Counted from the stretch's first letter, positions 10,753-19,341 are shown. The stretch: 64,000 nt of DNA from a virus (IMGVR_UViG_3300030433_002548:5251-69250), one strand, 5' to 3'. Notes: generated by a model not told the origin, from the letters alone. Numbers and translations are program-made.

Positions 10753-12867
10753 TTAGTAGGAATATGAACCGCCTGAGGATGAGGAACCACCTGTTGATGT
10801 CCCACTCGCTGCGGAAGGAGTTGTTGATGTAGTTGTAGTCGTCGTGGAGGTTGATGCAGTTGAACCAGTGCGTGTTGTAGCAGTTGCAGAAACGTTTGAT
10901 ACGTTGACAACCCTTTGACCACTAGTAGTTGCAATGTCACCCGTTACACGAACAAGAGCACCATTAGCATAAGAAGAGGATGTAATATAGTTCGATGCTG
11001 ATGGATCAAGTCCAGAAGCAATGTTATCAACAACCATTTCAAAATTACTATTACTAATATCTAGTTGCAAATAAAGATCCTGTAATCCGACAACATCATT
11101 TGAGTGCGGCACAGCAGACAACTCAATAATTGGTTGTCCATCTTTAATTTTTCCTGCCAATATATTGATAGGGTTGATTGTAATAATTCCTTTTTGATAA
11201 TTAATAGTTCCGACGTTTCTTCTCACTATTGTTGGATTAGTGGAATTTACAGATGGAACTGTAAAGAGGAAAAGATTACCATCAATTCGATTTGTATTAG
11301 GGATATCAGAAATATATACATTTTGATTTAAACCAGCAACTCTGAAAGCTGTCGATTTAATATTGTATCCTGCCATATTTTTAATATGGAATTCATTACC
11401 AAAACCAATTTGATACTCAGTAAGGGTATTGAGAACAACTCTTAAATCCCTTCTCATTTCAACTGTTGTAATATTAGACGTGACTGATTCGTGACTATCG
11501 TCTAAAATCTTTAGAAATTTACTATACTTGAATCTTGCGCCATACCTATTTAACTCAGTTGACTCGGAGTACTTATTTGCATTGGACTGAACAACCGATG
11601 ATACAAATTCTGAACTAGGTGCTAAATTTGAGTTGTAATAAAGTTTTGAGTTTACCTCAAGATACAGATACTTAAGATCAAGTATTTCTGGTACGATACC
11701 AGCGACTGCAAATTTCTTTAATCTATTACGAATGTTTTCTTTTACAAGGTTTGGTAAAAAATCACCAAATCTAGGTTTGATGCTAATAAAAACTTTACCG
11801 TACTGAGGAGGTATGAGTTCTTCTCCTCCAAAGACTGAAATTGACTCAGTTTCAGGATAAATTCTTGATGGAATCAATGTTTCATAGTCATCTGCAGTCA
11901 ATGCTCTATTTTGAGAGGCATAAATTCGAGGAGCAAACTTTTTAATTGATGAAACAGACTCAATTGATTCACCACCAGATGACTGCAATCCTGTAGTGAT
12001 CAAAGAAATGCCAGATGTTACATTATATTCAACACTATTTCTTGTGTATGTGATTCTACCAGCAAATGTAAAGTTAGAAACACCATTTCCACTGTCACCT
12101 GAGGATGTGATATAATTCACAGTAATAAAATTACCCTCTTCGAGTGCTTTTCCAAAAATATCATCACCAAAAATTAATTCATATCTTTCATCCTCTATTT
12201 CTTGTAAATAATAGACCTTAGAGTCAGATTCAACGCTAAACAAACTATCCTGTAAAGAATACTTAACTGATTGTGTTGATTGTTCGTTTGCTTTAACTGC
12301 AACGGTCATTAAAGCAGTGTCAACACCTGCATTTGGTAAAGTAAAGCGTTGAAATGGATTTCTGGAACTAAATGTAAAATTTGTCGATAATAAAGATCCT
12401 TCATGTACTGGAATATCGTCAAAACTGGCGATACCATCAAAAACAGGGACTGTTATATCCTCTAAAATTGAAAAAACAAAGGATTGTTGACCAAAAGTGC
12501 CTGATGTAGATACAACTGGTCCCTTTTTGAGTGTTAATGATACTGGATTTGGTGAAATATTGCTTGTATCAACGAAAAAACTTACAGTAGCACGCGCAGC
12601 CTTACGAGATCTTGGGACATATCCTATATTTCGCGCTAAAGCAACAACATTTTCTCTTAAGGTCGCACTATCAATAAAAACCTCATTCGCAACCATATTT
12701 GCGTTATATGAGGTAATATAAGTATTGTACGCCAGCACATCAAGGATCGTTGATAAGTTCGATCCTTCAAAGTCATAATCCGTAAAGTTGGAATTTGACT
12801 TTAGATAGTCCTTAAGAGTGGTTTTGACTTGATTAAAATCAAGATTGGAAAAGTTTGCTAAGGGCAT
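10753..12867 (-). CDS. gp6: Baseplate wedge subunit gp6
   Basis: 704 aa. N-terminus LDFNQVKTTLKDYLKSNSNFTDYDFEGSNLSTILDVLAYNTY and FAPRIYASQNRALTADDY are T4 gp6 signatures; downstream of gp25. Confidence 0.95.
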   Translation of the reverse strand: MPLANFSNLDFNQVKTTLKDYLKSNSNFTDYDFEGSNLSTILDVLAYNTYITSYNANMVANEVFIDSATLRENVVALARNIGYVPRSRKAARATVSFFVDTSNISPNPVSLTLKKGPVVSTSGTFGQQSFVFSILEDITVPVFDGIASFDDIPVHEGSLLSTNFTFSSRNPFQRFTLPNAGVDTALMTVAVKANEQSTQSVKYSLQDSLFSVESDSKVYYLQEIEDERYELIFGDDIFGKALEEGNFITVNYITSSGDSGNGVSNFTFAGRITYTRNSVEYNVTSGISLITTGLQSSGGESIESVSSIKKFAPRIYASQNRALTADDYETLIPSRIYPETESISVFGGEELIPPQYGKVFISIKPRFGDFLPNLVKENIRNRLKKFAVAGIVPEILDLKYLYLEVNSKLYYNSNLAPSSEFVSSVVQSNANKYSESTELNRYGARFKYSKFLKILDDSHESVTSNITTVEMRRDLRVVLNTLTEYQIGFGNEFHIKNMAGYNIKSTAFRVAGLNQNVYISDIPNTNRIDGNLFLFTVPSVNSTNPTIVRRNVGTINYQKGIITINPINILAGKIKDGQPIIELSAVPHSNDVVGLQDLYLQLDISNSNFEMVVDNIASGLDPSASNYITSSSYANGALVRVTGDIATTSGQRVVNVSNVSATATTRTGSTASTSTTTTTTSTTPSAASGTSTGGSSSSGGSYSY

Positions 12868-12869
12868 TG

Positions 12870-13271
12870 TTACCTAGTCGGTTGCAAGACAAAATCTAGT
12901 TGTTGTGCTGGTACGTCAATACCAATAATATTATAAACAATTGAAATATTTAACTCATTATTATCATAGTTCGGTTGCGCGATTACATCGCGTAATCTAA
13001 CCCTTGGTTCAAAGTTTGTTATCGATTCAAAAATTTGATCACGGATTAAGTTGGTTGTAAGGTCATCTAGATTTTCAAAAAGCAGTCTAGAGACATCAGA
13101 ACCAAAATCTTCGTCAAAAAACTTCTCACCAGGAAGGGTAAAGACAATATTTCGGATAGAACGTGCGATTGCAGTCTCATTTTTGATCGCAATAAGGTCA
13201 TCATTCAGAGGATTAGTCTGAAATGTCGCACTAATATCCTTAAATCCTTGACTTACCCTTTCTAAAGGCAT
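12870..13271 (-). CDS. gp25: Baseplate wedge subunit gp25
   Basis: 133 aa. AIARSIRNIVFTLPGEKFFDEDFGS and SITNFEPRV match the gp25 family; adjacent to gp6. Confidence 0.93.
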   Translation of the reverse strand: MPLERVSQGFKDISATFQTNPLNDDLIAIKNETAIARSIRNIVFTLPGEKFFDEDFGSDVSRLLFENLDDLTTNLIRDQIFESITNFEPRVRLRDVIAQPNYDNNELNISIVYNIIGIDVPAQQLDFVLQPTR

Positions 13272-13301
13272 TGATTATACAAAAATACTATGATTAAGAG
13301 T

Positions 13302-13308
13302 TATTTAT
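13302..13308 (-). promoter_or_regulatory. T4-type late promoter (ATAAATA) for gp25-gp6-gp7
   Basis: TGATAAATA overlapping the stop of the upstream small gene, about 30 nt before the gp25 ATG. Confidence 0.7.
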
Positions 13309-13460
13309 CACCCAAAAAGCGGTTCTGGATCACTCTCAGGGTCGAAGATTTCACTTTCTTTAATCTTATCGCTCTTTTTGGGGGTCAATTTGTCGTTTGC
13401 AATCTCACGAAGCATCTTTTGATGTTGATGATTGCCCAAATTGTCTAAAAAATCGGTCAT
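13308..13460 (-). CDS. Small hypothetical protein (50 aa, MTDFLDNLGNHQHQKMLREIAND...)
   Basis: The internal ATG at 13460 sits just after the stop of 13465..14139. The longer track ORF (to 13676) overlaps that gene and its 5' part is probably not coding. Confidence 0.7.
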   Translation of the reverse strand: MTDFLDNLGNHQHQKMLREIANDKLTPKKSDKIKESEIFDPESDPEPLFG

Positions 13461-13464
13461 TTTT

Positions 13465-14139
13465 CTAAAATTCCGGTAAATTTTCTTCGTTTTTGCGCTC
13501 TTTTGCTGTTTTCCAGAAATAATTCTCATCATTTCCGAGCCCGTCGCGGTCATGACCGTTCTCAACCTGGTAATATACGGTCGAAACCTTAAAATCTGGG
13601 ATTTTTGGCGTTTCGGGAGTGAGTGAGTTGTCAAAAATACGAGTTCGATTGTTAGGATATAGTGCAAACTGCCCATTATCTAGTTCAATCAGGTTATGAG
13701 ACTTATGTTCCGAGGGGTTCTCGGACGTCGAATAGTCAACAGCATCAGGATCTTGATGGTAATTATCAATCGTGCAGATATATGTCCCTGTCTGGGGTCC
13801 ATAGTCCCTTGTAAAGCACTCATAATGCATACTACCTATAAACTGCTTCTGAACAACAGTTACGCCATAATCCATACAATTCCAGAACTGCAGGTTATGT
13901 AACTCCATATCAGGTGATGGTTTCTCAGGTGAAGAAACAAATGCACTAATCGGTAATTTATCGTACATTGCTGCATACTCAGGTAAGTATGTCTCAAAAT
14001 AAAAAGCACGCCCAGGTATCGACTTAACCGACACCCAGACGCCCTTTACAAACTCACCATGACCACTTTGATGATCAGTGAGATATTCTTTTCTTACCCA
14101 TACCTCATAGGAAGGTAGATTCGCAATCAAACAGGGCAT
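13465..14139 (-). CDS. Conserved cyanophage hypothetical protein (MPCLIANLPSYEVWVRKEYL...)
   Basis: 224-aa ORF, co-oriented; resembles a family I recall as common in marine T4-like phages. Confidence 0.8.
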   Translation of the reverse strand: MPCLIANLPSYEVWVRKEYLTDHQSGHGEFVKGVWVSVKSIPGRAFYFETYLPEYAAMYDKLPISAFVSSPEKPSPDMELHNLQFWNCMDYGVTVVQKQFIGSMHYECFTRDYGPQTGTYICTIDNYHQDPDAVDYSTSENPSEHKSHNLIELDNGQFALYPNNRTRIFDNSLTPETPKIPDFKVSTVYYQVENGHDRDGLGNDENYFWKTAKERKNEENLPEF

Positions 14140-14230
14140 ACTTAATATTTCGTATCTTCCCTTATTTAACCTATTGGAACCTAGAGCTTCCCGGACAAAC
14201 CATACAAAGGTATGTAGGTAAATTCAGTAT

Positions 14231-14365
14231 TTAACGACCCTGACCTTTGTAACGCTTCTTCGCACTATTACGAGAAGTCGCGGATAATTTAGTGTGCTTA
14301 CCTTGTCCTTGACGAGTTTTTTTCGGGCGACCCTCAATGTAACCGCCCCCTTTCATTGCTGCCAT
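14231..14365 (-). CDS. Small very basic protein, 44 aa (MAAMKGGGYIEGRPKKTRQGQGKHTKLSATSRNSAKKRYKGQGR)
   Basis: Translated by hand, below the track threshold. GAGGT Shine-Dalgarno upstream; fills the gap between two genes. Confidence 0.8.
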   Translation of the reverse strand: MAAMKGGGYIEGRPKKTRQGQGKHTKLSATSRNSAKKRYKGQGR

Positions 14366-14375
14366 AATCTATACC

Positions 14376-15143
14376 TCAAAGAACACGAGTTTTTTCGTGA
14401 CCAACACGAATCCGTGGGTCGCACCAAATATCAAAGCCTTCTTCCTTTGCATCCAGACAGAATGAGACATCCTCTCCACACATGTCCTGAACTGCACCAG
14501 ACTCAAAGACTTGCATCTTAGGTGCAAACCAGGGATACTCAAGACTTTCAAATACACCCTTCTTGATCAGTACCCATCCAAAACCTGTGTAGTCCACGGT
14601 GAATGGTTTGCGACGCTTCGAGATGCTCTCTACAGTCTCATGATTCATAACTCCACCATTGTTGCGGAAATCATCTTCCTCCAACCAGTGTGCGACAGAT
14701 GTGGTTGAACCATCTTCTGTAGCATACCATCCAGCAACAACTTCTTTCTCTTCTCCTTCAGCAGGCAGTGCAAGGTCACACAACTGCCAGAACTTGTTCG
14801 TGTCAAAGACAATATCCGAGTCAATCCACAGTTGGTAGTCATACTTCAACTTACCATCCCAAGGAATCTGCTTCGGTCCACGCAGTACATTTGCACCAAG
14901 ACACTTACAACGTGCGAAGTTAACCATCGACGAATAGTCTTGACTAATCTGAATTGCAACGCCAGATTGTACCATGTCAAAGCACAACTGAACAAAGTTC
15001 TTCATAAACGTATAAGAGCATCCACGACCTGGGAGGCAAAAGACAATCGTCTTACCTCGCATACGCTCTTTAATTGCTGCAATGTCCCACTCTTCCTTTT
15101 TCTTGGTGGGGGCATTTGCCTTAACAGTAAATCCTTTTGCCAT
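14376..15143 (-). CDS. Putative glycosyltransferase (GT-A-like) conserved in cyanophages
   Basis: 255 aa. YQLWIDSDIVF (DxD), YTGFGWVLIKKGVFE, GEDVSFC and VGHEK are GT-A fold features. Confidence 0.7.
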   Translation of the reverse strand: MAKGFTVKANAPTKKKEEWDIAAIKERMRGKTIVFCLPGRGCSYTFMKNFVQLCFDMVQSGVAIQISQDYSSMVNFARCKCLGANVLRGPKQIPWDGKLKYDYQLWIDSDIVFDTNKFWQLCDLALPAEGEEKEVVAGWYATEDGSTTSVAHWLEEDDFRNNGGVMNHETVESISKRRKPFTVDYTGFGWVLIKKGVFESLEYPWFAPKMQVFESGAVQDMCGEDVSFCLDAKEEGFDIWCDPRIRVGHEKTRVL

Positions 15144-15191
15144 AACGTGTTGGTTACTTCAGTTCAAGTATAACGTGTATTATGTAGTATG

Positions 15192-15410
15192 TCAATATGA
15201 ATCACAACCTTCTGGTTCATTAGTGTTTACCGCACTAACTCCATGGGTGCGAATACACTCTTCATAAGACAAATCCTCAAGTTCATAATCAGTCTTCATT
15301 AGACCAACCATTCCCTTGAGGGTTTCCCATGTATTATTAAATTGTTCCTCACTTAGATTGTTGTATAAACATTCATTCTTCGCATAGATGTGATAAACCT
15401 TATCAGTCAT
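15192..15410 (-). CDS. Hypothetical protein (72 aa)
   Basis: Co-oriented acidic ORF, MTDKVYHIYAKNECLY... Confidence 0.75.
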   Translation of the reverse strand: MTDKVYHIYAKNECLYNNLSEEQFNNTWETLKGMVGLMKTDYELEDLSYEECIRTHGVSAVNTNEPEGCDSY

Positions 15411-15576
15411 AAAAATTTCTGGGCGATTTTTTTTATATAAATGGATTCGCTATCCGCTTTATATTTAGAGGTCGATTTGTCACCTCTGTAGGTTAGAGGG
15501 ACCCATCGTTTTTATCACGCCGCCCGCCATAATAACAACGACGCGCCCCAACACTGTGGATCACGGTGTTACTGAG

Positions 15577-15605
15577 AGTCTACCACATCACACAGAGACT
15601 GTCAA
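15577..15605 (-). promoter_or_regulatory. Near-consensus sigma70 promoter TTGACA-N17-TAGACT with extended TG
   Basis: Read directly: minus strand TTGACA gtctctgtgtgatgtgg TAGACT; a second TTGACA lies 25 bp upstream (15625-15630). Confidence 0.75.
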
Positions 15606-15643
15606 TAACACCACGCAGAGTGACTGTCAATCAGACTGCTAAA

Positions 15644-15817
15644 TCACCAACGGACTGGTACACTCAGATCCTCTACATACGCATCGACACTCTCATCACC
15701 ACCGAGGTCAAAGATATCCTCCCATGAAATCTGATGCGGGTCGAAGTCACCGAGCACGTCAAGTTCCAGTGTGATTCTATAACGTTGCTTCTGTGCCTGA
15801 CTGTAAACGACTGACAT
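15644..15817 (-). CDS. Hypothetical protein, 57 aa (MSVVYSQAQKQRYRITLELDVLGDFDPHQISWEDIFDLGGDESVDAYVEDLSVPVRW)
   Basis: Hand-translated. GGAG RBS 8 nt upstream and a promoter at 15847-15875; preferred over the overlapping track ORF 15673..15918. Confidence 0.75.
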   Translation of the reverse strand: MSVVYSQAQKQRYRITLELDVLGDFDPHQISWEDIFDLGGDESVDAYVEDLSVPVRW

Positions 15818-15846
15818 GAGACTGACTCCGTTGGTGTGACTTTGTA

Positions 15847-15875
15847 AGTATAGAATGTCTGAGCGATATTGTCAA
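15847..15875 (-). promoter_or_regulatory. Near-consensus sigma70 promoter TTGACA-N17-TATACT, with a TATAAATA late promoter at 15888-15895
   Basis: Read directly from the minus strand. Confidence 0.75.
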
Positions 15876-15950
15876 TCTTCCAATCAGTATTTATAAGCAC
15901 GACTGATAAAACACGCATGTCAATCCGCAGAAAAACTTATGCCCGCCCCC

Positions 15951-15979
15951 TTGACATTTCTCCGAGAAGGTGATAGACT
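15951..15979 (+). promoter_or_regulatory. Plus-strand sigma70 promoter TTGACA-N17-TAGACT with extended TG, no downstream ORF
   Basis: TTGACA tttctccgagaaggtga TAGACT; points against the genome-wide direction of transcription. Confidence 0.65.
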
Positions 15980-16150
15980 GCACGCTTAGATCACGACTCC
16001 CAGACACATTAAAATCACAGTAAATACACCCCGCAGATACTCTGAAGACACCACAGATGCACCACTAAGTAACTCTTACATATAAAACGAAAGTATATTT
16101 ATAATACCATTTATAAACGTTTTTTATACATTTAGTGTAACAGTAGATAC

Positions 16151-16178
16151 AAAAAAAGGGGAGAAACTTATCCCCCCT
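16151..16178 (-). terminator. Intrinsic terminator ending the early gene block
   Basis: Minus strand: imperfect G/C hairpin GGGGGGAT-aagt-TTCTCCCC followed by T7. Confidence 0.55.
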
Positions 16179-16253
16179 AAAGTATAATCAGTAGCAGGAC
16201 CAAAGTGTAAAACTGAGAGTAAACTTTCGCCCACTCTTTCTTAGTTTTAACCA

Positions 16254-16601
16254 TCAGGCAAAGACATAACCAGAGACAAAATCTTCAGTCTTGTAAACAT
16301 TTTGTCCGTTGATTGCTCCAACAAACTTGTTTACATACCACTGGAAATCTTTCTGGAATACACCTTCACCAGAGACACAGAAATAATCGCACAAAGCGTT
16401 AAGTCTGCTCTTAGTAGTTACTGACTGCCAACCACCGTCAAAGATGGTCATGTCGTTATCAGAAACCTCAGCGATTTTGTTGCCATGAAGGCGAACAATA
16501 GAGACGCCAGTTTCAGGATCAAAGTGAACAGAAGTGTTGCCAGATTGCCAGTCTTTGTTAGACTGAACAGCGGCACACATTTGCTTTTCGATCTTACGCA
16601 T
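16254..16601 (-). CDS. Conserved cyanophage early hypothetical protein (MRKIEKQMCAAVQSNKDWQSGNTSVHF...)
   Basis: Start moved to the ATG at 16601, downstream of the promoter -10 at 16650-16655. Confidence 0.85.
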   Translation of the reverse strand: MRKIEKQMCAAVQSNKDWQSGNTSVHFDPETGVSIVRLHGNKIAEVSDNDMTIFDGGWQSVTTKSRLNALCDYFCVSGEGVFQKDFQWYVNKFVGAINGQNVYKTEDFVSGYVFA

Positions 16602-16649
16602 GTTTGGTGAAGTTAGTGAAGTGAATGGGGCGTTGTCCCCCATGCATCT

Positions 16650-16706
16650 AATATACACGGATCAGCGGGTCATGGGGAGACTAGTGGACAGTTAGTTGAG
16701 TGTCAC
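16650..16706 (-). promoter_or_regulatory. Early promoter: two-box motif GTGACACT-N6-ACTGTCCAC (16684-16706) plus -10 TATATT
   Basis: Copy 1 of 12 of the motif. Confidence 0.75.
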
Positions 16707-16717
16707 ATTATTTCTCT

Positions 16718-17020
16718 TTATTGAACCAACGGAGATTCGTCCTCCAATTCTTGTTGATAAAGCATATATTGTTCCTCAGTAACTTCATCGACACACTCTT
16801 GAATCACGGTGTAAATGTGATCAATGTTTCCTACATCATCAAAGATTCTTCTAACCAAGATAGAATCTTCTACAGTATTCTGCTCATCAAACTCGCCATA
16901 ACTGTCCTTCAAATAACAATCATTTTTTGTATAAATCCACGCCCCACAGTATGCATCTTCACCTTGTTCTTTGATGAGATTGTTGACACGTTGCTGGAGT
17001 TCTTTGAGAGTGTAGTTCAT
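16718..17020 (-). CDS. Hypothetical protein (100 aa)
   Basis: Acidic co-oriented ORF in the early block. Confidence 0.75.
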   Translation of the reverse strand: MNYTLKELQQRVNNLIKEQGEDAYCGAWIYTKNDCYLKDSYGEFDEQNTVEDSILVRRIFDDVGNIDHIYTVIQECVDEVTEEQYMLYQQELEDESPLVQ

Positions 17021-17073
17021 AGTTTGATGATGAAAAAAATCGGCGCTCGCGCATCTCGGAAACGCTCGATAAG

Positions 17074-17319
17074 TTACGACGACTCTTGGAGATTGTCGGA
17101 ATAGGTAACATTAGAGATAGAACAGTCCTTGATAAGTTCTGGGTAATAATCCTCGACTTCAGTGATAAGTTCATCTACAGTATAATCATCAAGATTACCA
17201 TTCAAACTATCATAGACAAATTGATACATTGTCTTGTGATCCATACCATCAATGATGCTCTCAATATATGCCTCTTGCAGTTGATCGCGGTCGATGATGT
17301 TGTCGTTAGTTTGTGACAT
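17074..17319 (-). CDS. Hypothetical protein (MSQTNDNIIDRDQLQEAY...)
   Basis: Track ORF 17074..17352 with the start moved to the second Met. Confidence 0.7.
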   Translation of the reverse strand: MSQTNDNIIDRDQLQEAYIESIIDGMDHKTMYQFVYDSLNGNLDDYTVDELITEVEDYYPELIKDCSISNVTYSDNLQESS

Positions 17320-17355
17320 GATAGAATGAAGATAATGTTTGATAAGTGACATGAA

Positions 17356-17622
17356 TCAGCACATCAATGGCATATATTCAGAGCGAGGCATTTTGTCAGT
17401 GTTGAAGTCAGTAACTGTTGCACCTTTGTTGATGCGACATTGCCAATCATATTTTGCTTCAATCTGACCAATAGTGCTGTATGATTTCTGACCAGTAGCG
17501 CGGAAAGTGACACGACGAACAAAACGTTTGATCGTGACAATCATACCTTTGGTAGGATGACCCTCAGCGATAAATGCTTCGGGAAAGTAATCAACAATCG
17601 TGGCGCTGTTGGTGACTTGCAT
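17356..17622 (-). CDS. Hypothetical early protein (MQVTNSATIVDYFPEAFIAE...)
   Basis: Start moved downstream of the early promoter. Confidence 0.75.
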   Translation of the reverse strand: MQVTNSATIVDYFPEAFIAEGHPTKGMIVTIKRFVRRVTFRATGQKSYSTIGQIEAKYDWQCRINKGATVTDFNTDKMPRSEYMPLMC

Positions 17623-17682
17623 TGGGTGAAATCCTTTGACTCTTATACAATACACGGTTTTTACCCGTGTGGGGGTGATACT

Positions 17683-17702
17683 GTGCCAGTTCTACAACTG
17701 GT
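17683..17702 (-). promoter_or_regulatory. Early promoter two-box motif ACCAGT-N6-ACTGGCAC
   Basis: Copy 2, followed by a CACGG/CCGTG hairpin and a TATTGT -10-like element. Confidence 0.7.
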
Positions 17703-17713
17703 TTCTAATGTTA

Positions 17714-17902
17714 TCAATCAAGCAAAGATATATCATACGATGTAAAGTTAGGGTACTGTTTTTCGACCCATTTTGATAACTTATTATTCTGTGATTTGAT
17801 TCCTTTCTGTGTCTTAGGACGTGTGGGCATGTCTTTTAAGAATGACAAATGTCCCTCGTCTGTTGTTACCTGAATCGAATAAGTTGCTGTTGTTGTCTTC
17901 AT
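17714..17902 (-). CDS. Hypothetical protein (62 aa, MKTTTATYSIQV...)
   Basis: Co-oriented, abuts neighbours. Confidence 0.7.
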   Translation of the reverse strand: MKTTTATYSIQVTTDEGHLSFLKDMPTRPKTQKGIKSQNNKLSKWVEKQYPNFTSYDISLLD

Positions 17903-18115
17903 TCAACCTCCGAACATTTCATCGAACAAAGGTGTATCGCGGTTCTCACGATCGTATTGTGCATTAACTGCCATGATTTGAGTTTCAATCCATGCCATCT
18001 CCATTTTCTTCTGATCAAGTTGTTTGCGAAGATCGAAGAGTTGTTGATTGCGTTCTGTGATTGTCATTTTGTGAAGTTCAGAAAAGAGTGGGTAAGTTTT
18101 GATGCTATCTGTCAT
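17903..18115 (-). CDS. Hypothetical coiled-coil protein (70 aa)
   Basis: ATGA overlap with the upstream gene. Confidence 0.7.
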   Translation of the reverse strand: MTDSIKTYPLFSELHKMTITERNQQLFDLRKQLDQKKMEMAWIETQIMAVNAQYDRENRDTPLFDEMFGG

Positions 18116-18291
18116 TCACCGTGAAAAGCAAAGTGTGCATCAACAACGAAATCAATCACGTCGTCAGTTGCATTAACATCGTGACGATCGCAGAACCAAT
18201 CGACACAATCATCAGCAGGGAGCATAGTGTCAAACATGAAATCCTGAAGTTCAGTCAGGTTGGAAGCGGAAAAGAGGTTTGTTTTGTTCAT
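18112..18291 (-). CDS. Acidic hypothetical protein, 59 aa (MNKTNLFSASNLTELQDFMFDTML...)
   Basis: Hand-translated, below the track threshold; directly after promoter copy 3. Confidence 0.75.
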   Translation of the reverse strand: MNKTNLFSASNLTELQDFMFDTMLPADDCVDWFCDRHDVNATDDVIDFVVDAHFAFHGE

Positions 18292-18334
18292 GATGGTATC
18301 ATTGCAGATTTTGGGGGCAATCTCAACCCCTCTT

Positions 18335-18354
18335 GTGCCACTCCCTCAACTGGT
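18335..18354 (-). promoter_or_regulatory. Early promoter two-box motif ACCAGT-N6-AGTGGCAC, then TTGAGA-N17-AATGAT
   Basis: Copy 3. Confidence 0.7.
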
Positions 18355-18363
18355 TTTTTCTCT

Positions 18364-18513
18364 TTACTTTTCTCCCACAATCGGGTTGACTCCTATCACT
18401 GAAGCACTAGGATTGCGGGCGATAGCTGTATCTCTCGCATCCTTATGTGAGGTCGCATATACTTCCTCTGTGAAAACTTTGCCTCCCACAAATAACTTAA
18501 CTTCCCATTTCAT
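18364..18513 (-). CDS. Small conserved protein, 49 aa (MKWEVKLFVGGKVFTEEVYATSHKDARDTAIARNP...)
   Basis: Hand-translated; resembles a small family I recall from cyanophages and Prochlorococcus. Confidence 0.75.
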   Translation of the reverse strand: MKWEVKLFVGGKVFTEEVYATSHKDARDTAIARNPSASVIGVNPIVGEK

Positions 18514-18517
18514 AGCA

Positions 18518-18685
18518 TTACCAGATGTTAGTCCAACGAGTGTGATTTGCTTTGGAGAGTCTTCCTTCTGCTAACATATTGTCACAGACTCTAATAAAGA
18601 CTTGAAACTTTTGCTCTCGGGTGAGAGTATCTGCTCCGTCGCATTGTTTCATTACTCGGAGCATTTGTGCCTTGGAAGTAATCAT
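18518..18685 (-). CDS. Hypothetical protein (MITSKAQMLRVMKQC...)
   Basis: Track ORF with the start moved to give an ATGA overlap with the upstream gene. Confidence 0.7.
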   Translation of the reverse strand: MITSKAQMLRVMKQCDGADTLTREQKFQVFIRVCDNMLAEGRLSKANHTRWTNIW

Positions 18686-18882
18686 TTTAGAACGTAGCAG
18701 TAGTCTATAGAATTGACGCAAAATCCTGTAGCAGATGTAATCTCCTCTACAAGATCATCACCATCAGATGCTTCCCATGTGGTAGACATTACATCATCAA
18801 TAACATCTTGTTGCTCCGTTGGTGATAACTCAAAATTGTCATCCTCGAAGTCGATGTTAATTTGTGTGATACGATAGTGCAT
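18682..18882 (-). CDS. Acidic hypothetical protein (MHYRITQINIDFEDD...)
   Basis: Track ORF with the start moved to remove overlap with 18912..19283. Confidence 0.7.
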   Translation of the reverse strand: MHYRITQINIDFEDDNFELSPTEQQDVIDDVMSTTWEASDGDDLVEEITSATGFCVNSIDYCYVLK

Positions 18883-18911
18883 CGGTTTGTAAGAAGAAGT
18901 TTGCAGAAGAA

Positions 18912-19283
18912 TCAGCGAATGTAGAGATAACCTCCTGCCCAATCTGCATTGGCATAGCATTGCTCACGCGATGCAATCTCCAGCAAACGATAGCGAACAA
19001 TCTTTGCGGGTGCTTTGTATGATGCTGGTTTGTAAACTTCACCAGTCTTCTTATCAACAAAGGCATGGACACTTTTGCTTTGAGATTCAGTCTCCATCAC
19101 AATTTTGTGATACTTACGTCCACTTTCGATGTAGAACTTGTAAGGATCAGATTTAGGATGACTGCGAGTGAAATCATCAGTCAGACAATCACACAACATC
19201 AAAGTATATTTGCGGATGTTGAGTTGAATGTCATTGCGTGCATCTTGGGTGGCAACGAAGTCAGCGAAGGATTGAGAAGTCAT
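18912..19283 (-). CDS. Conserved phage hypothetical protein (GRKYHKI...VHAFVDKKTGEVYKPAS)
   Basis: 123 aa, first gene after promoter copy 4. Confidence 0.8.
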   Translation of the reverse strand: MTSQSFADFVATQDARNDIQLNIRKYTLMLCDCLTDDFTRSHPKSDPYKFYIESGRKYHKIVMETESQSKSVHAFVDKKTGEVYKPASYKAPAKIVRYRLLEIASREQCYANADWAGGYLYIR

Positions 19284-19341
19284 GTGCTGTTCCTTTGACT
19301 CTTATAGAATACATGAAAACGGAGACCCTACAAGCGGGTGT

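Noticed and set aside
15673-15918. Track ORF of 81 aa
   Set aside because: Its 5' part contains a sigma70 and a late promoter; the other frame (15644..15817) has an RBS and a protein-like sequence
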